This document shows positions 63,040-64,000 of a stretch of 64,000 nucleotides of DNA, in pieces. This DNA is from an uncultured Candidatus Izemoplasmatales bacterium (GTDB lineage Bacteria > Bacillota_I > Bacilli_A > Izemoplasmatales > Izemoplasmataceae). The notes beneath the pieces were generated by a model. That model worked only from the letters and a program-made list of their open reading frames with translations, made no database searches and was not told the origin of the DNA. The position numbers and the translations under genes are program-made. How positions within the stretch are numbered: the first letter of the stretch is position 1; each line of letters starts with the position of its first letter. Location: contig CAZCSL010000003.1 in the NCBI GenBank assembly GCA_964501415.1, forward strand, positions 61,278-125,277, given 5' to 3'.

Positions 63040-64000
63040 ATGGATACAATAGTTATTGATCAATTGGCACAATCTTTAAACCTTAAGTCAAAGCGTGTGC
63101 AAACGGTATTGTCTTTATTAGAAGATAATACCGTTCCTTTTATTGCTCGGTATCGTAAAGAGATGACGGGAGGTATGGATGAGGAGGCCATTCGTGAAAT
63201 TGATAAGGCCTATCAATACCAAAAACAATTAAAAGAACGCAAAGAAGACGTTATAAGACTTATTGATGAAAAGGGTATGCTTGATGATGCGTTAAAAGCA
63301 CAAATTGTAGCAGCAAAGCAACTTATAGAAGTTGAAGACCTTTATCGCCCTTACAAAGAAAAGAAGAAAACTAAAGCAACCATCGCCATAAAACAAGGTT
63401 TAGAACCTTTGGCAGACAAACTCTTGACCTTTGAACAAGATTTAGATCCACATCAGGAAGCTAAAGCTTATTTAACCGAAGAAATTACTACTGAGGATCA
63501 AGCCATCGAAGGGGCTTTGTTCATCATTGCAGAACGTATCAGTGATAAAGCTGATTATCGTAAATGGATTCGTCATTTTACGTTTCAGCAAGGAGAAATC
63601 GAAGCCAAAAAGAAAAAGAATGCTATCGATGATAAAAACATATATGAACGTTATTACGCCTATAGTAGCCTTTTAAAAAGGGTAAAGATGTTTCATATCT
63701 TAGCCCTTAATCGCGCTGAAAAAGAAAAAGTGTTAAGTGTTAAAATCACGTGTGATGAGGAAGCCATTCATAATTATTTGACTAAGCAAGAGGTGTTATA
63801 TGCCGATGCAAAAGTTACACCTTTTATTATTGAAGCGATAAAGGATAGTTATAAACGTTTAATCAAACCCTCAATTGAACGTGAGTTAAGAAGCGAATTA
63901 ACTGAAGAAGCGGAAAATCATGCCATTGATATCTTTGGAGAAAACTTAAGAAGTTTATTATTACAAGCGCCACTAAAAGATAAAATTGTGCTTGGAATTG
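63040..64000 (+). CDS. tex: Tex-like transcription accessory protein, N-terminal part; runs off the right edge
   Basis: Not in the ORF track (no stop). Own translation: MDTIVIDQLAQSLNLKSKRVQTVLSLLEDNTVPFIARYRKEMTGGMDE...DLYRPYKEKKKTKA..., RBS GGAGGAG. Confidence 0.85.
   Translation, partial: MDTIVIDQLAQSLNLKSKRVQTVLSLLEDNTVPFIARYRKEMTGGMDEEAIREIDKAYQYQKQLKERKEDVIRLIDEKGMLDDALKAQIVAAKQLIEVEDLYRPYKEKKKTKATIAIKQGLEPLADKLLTFEQDLDPHQEAKAYLTEEITTEDQAIEGALFIIAERISDKADYRKWIRHFTFQQGEIEAKKKKNAIDDKNIYERYYAYSSLLKRVKMFHILALNRAEKEKVLSVKITCDEEAIHNYLTKQEVLYADAKVTPFIIEAIKDSYKRLIKPSIERELRSELTEEAENHAIDIFGENLRSLLLQAPLKDKIVLGI

Overview
AT-rich (about mid-30s % GC by eye, not computed), densely coding chromosomal window. 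It spans the replication origin of a low-GC Bacillota/Mycoplasmatota-type bacterium that uses the standard code: TGA clearly terminates genes and Trp is TGG. The core is rnpA-rpmH | oriC | dnaA-dnaN-yaaA-recF-gyrB-gyrA, with DnaA-box clusters on both sides of dnaA. The flanks carry housekeeping genes in Bacillus-like synteny. These include: fhs; a partial shikimate cluster; mfd-pth-jag-yidC; a T-box-controlled serS; pepA; pta; rnmV-rsmA-ispE-spoVG-prs; hflX; class II RNR; cdaA; ispDF; pgi; tsaEB-rimI-tsaD; glnS; csp; pcrA-ligA-uvrA; hprK-lgt-trxB; whiA; acpS; tex. I found no tRNA/rRNA genes, CRISPR arrays, transposases, integrases, restriction-modification, toxin-antitoxin or other recognisable defence or mobile modules, so this is essentially a core region. 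The most promising non-canonical items are four. (1) cdaA is followed by a membrane PAS + degenerate GGDEF (SGIRF) protein in the slot normally held by cdaR-glmM. (2) Two uncharacterised membrane proteins sit at 5.7-8.0 kb. (3) An aroE-aroK fusion. (4) Two tandem lipoproteins carry three thioredoxin-like modules, only one with CxxC. glmU and glmM are absent from their conserved synteny slots, which hints at a wall-less (Acholeplasma-like) lineage; this is a low-confidence inference. Many ORF-track starts were moved to downstream ATG/TTG codons with proper RBSs, because the extensions overlap promoters, RBSs or a T-box leader.
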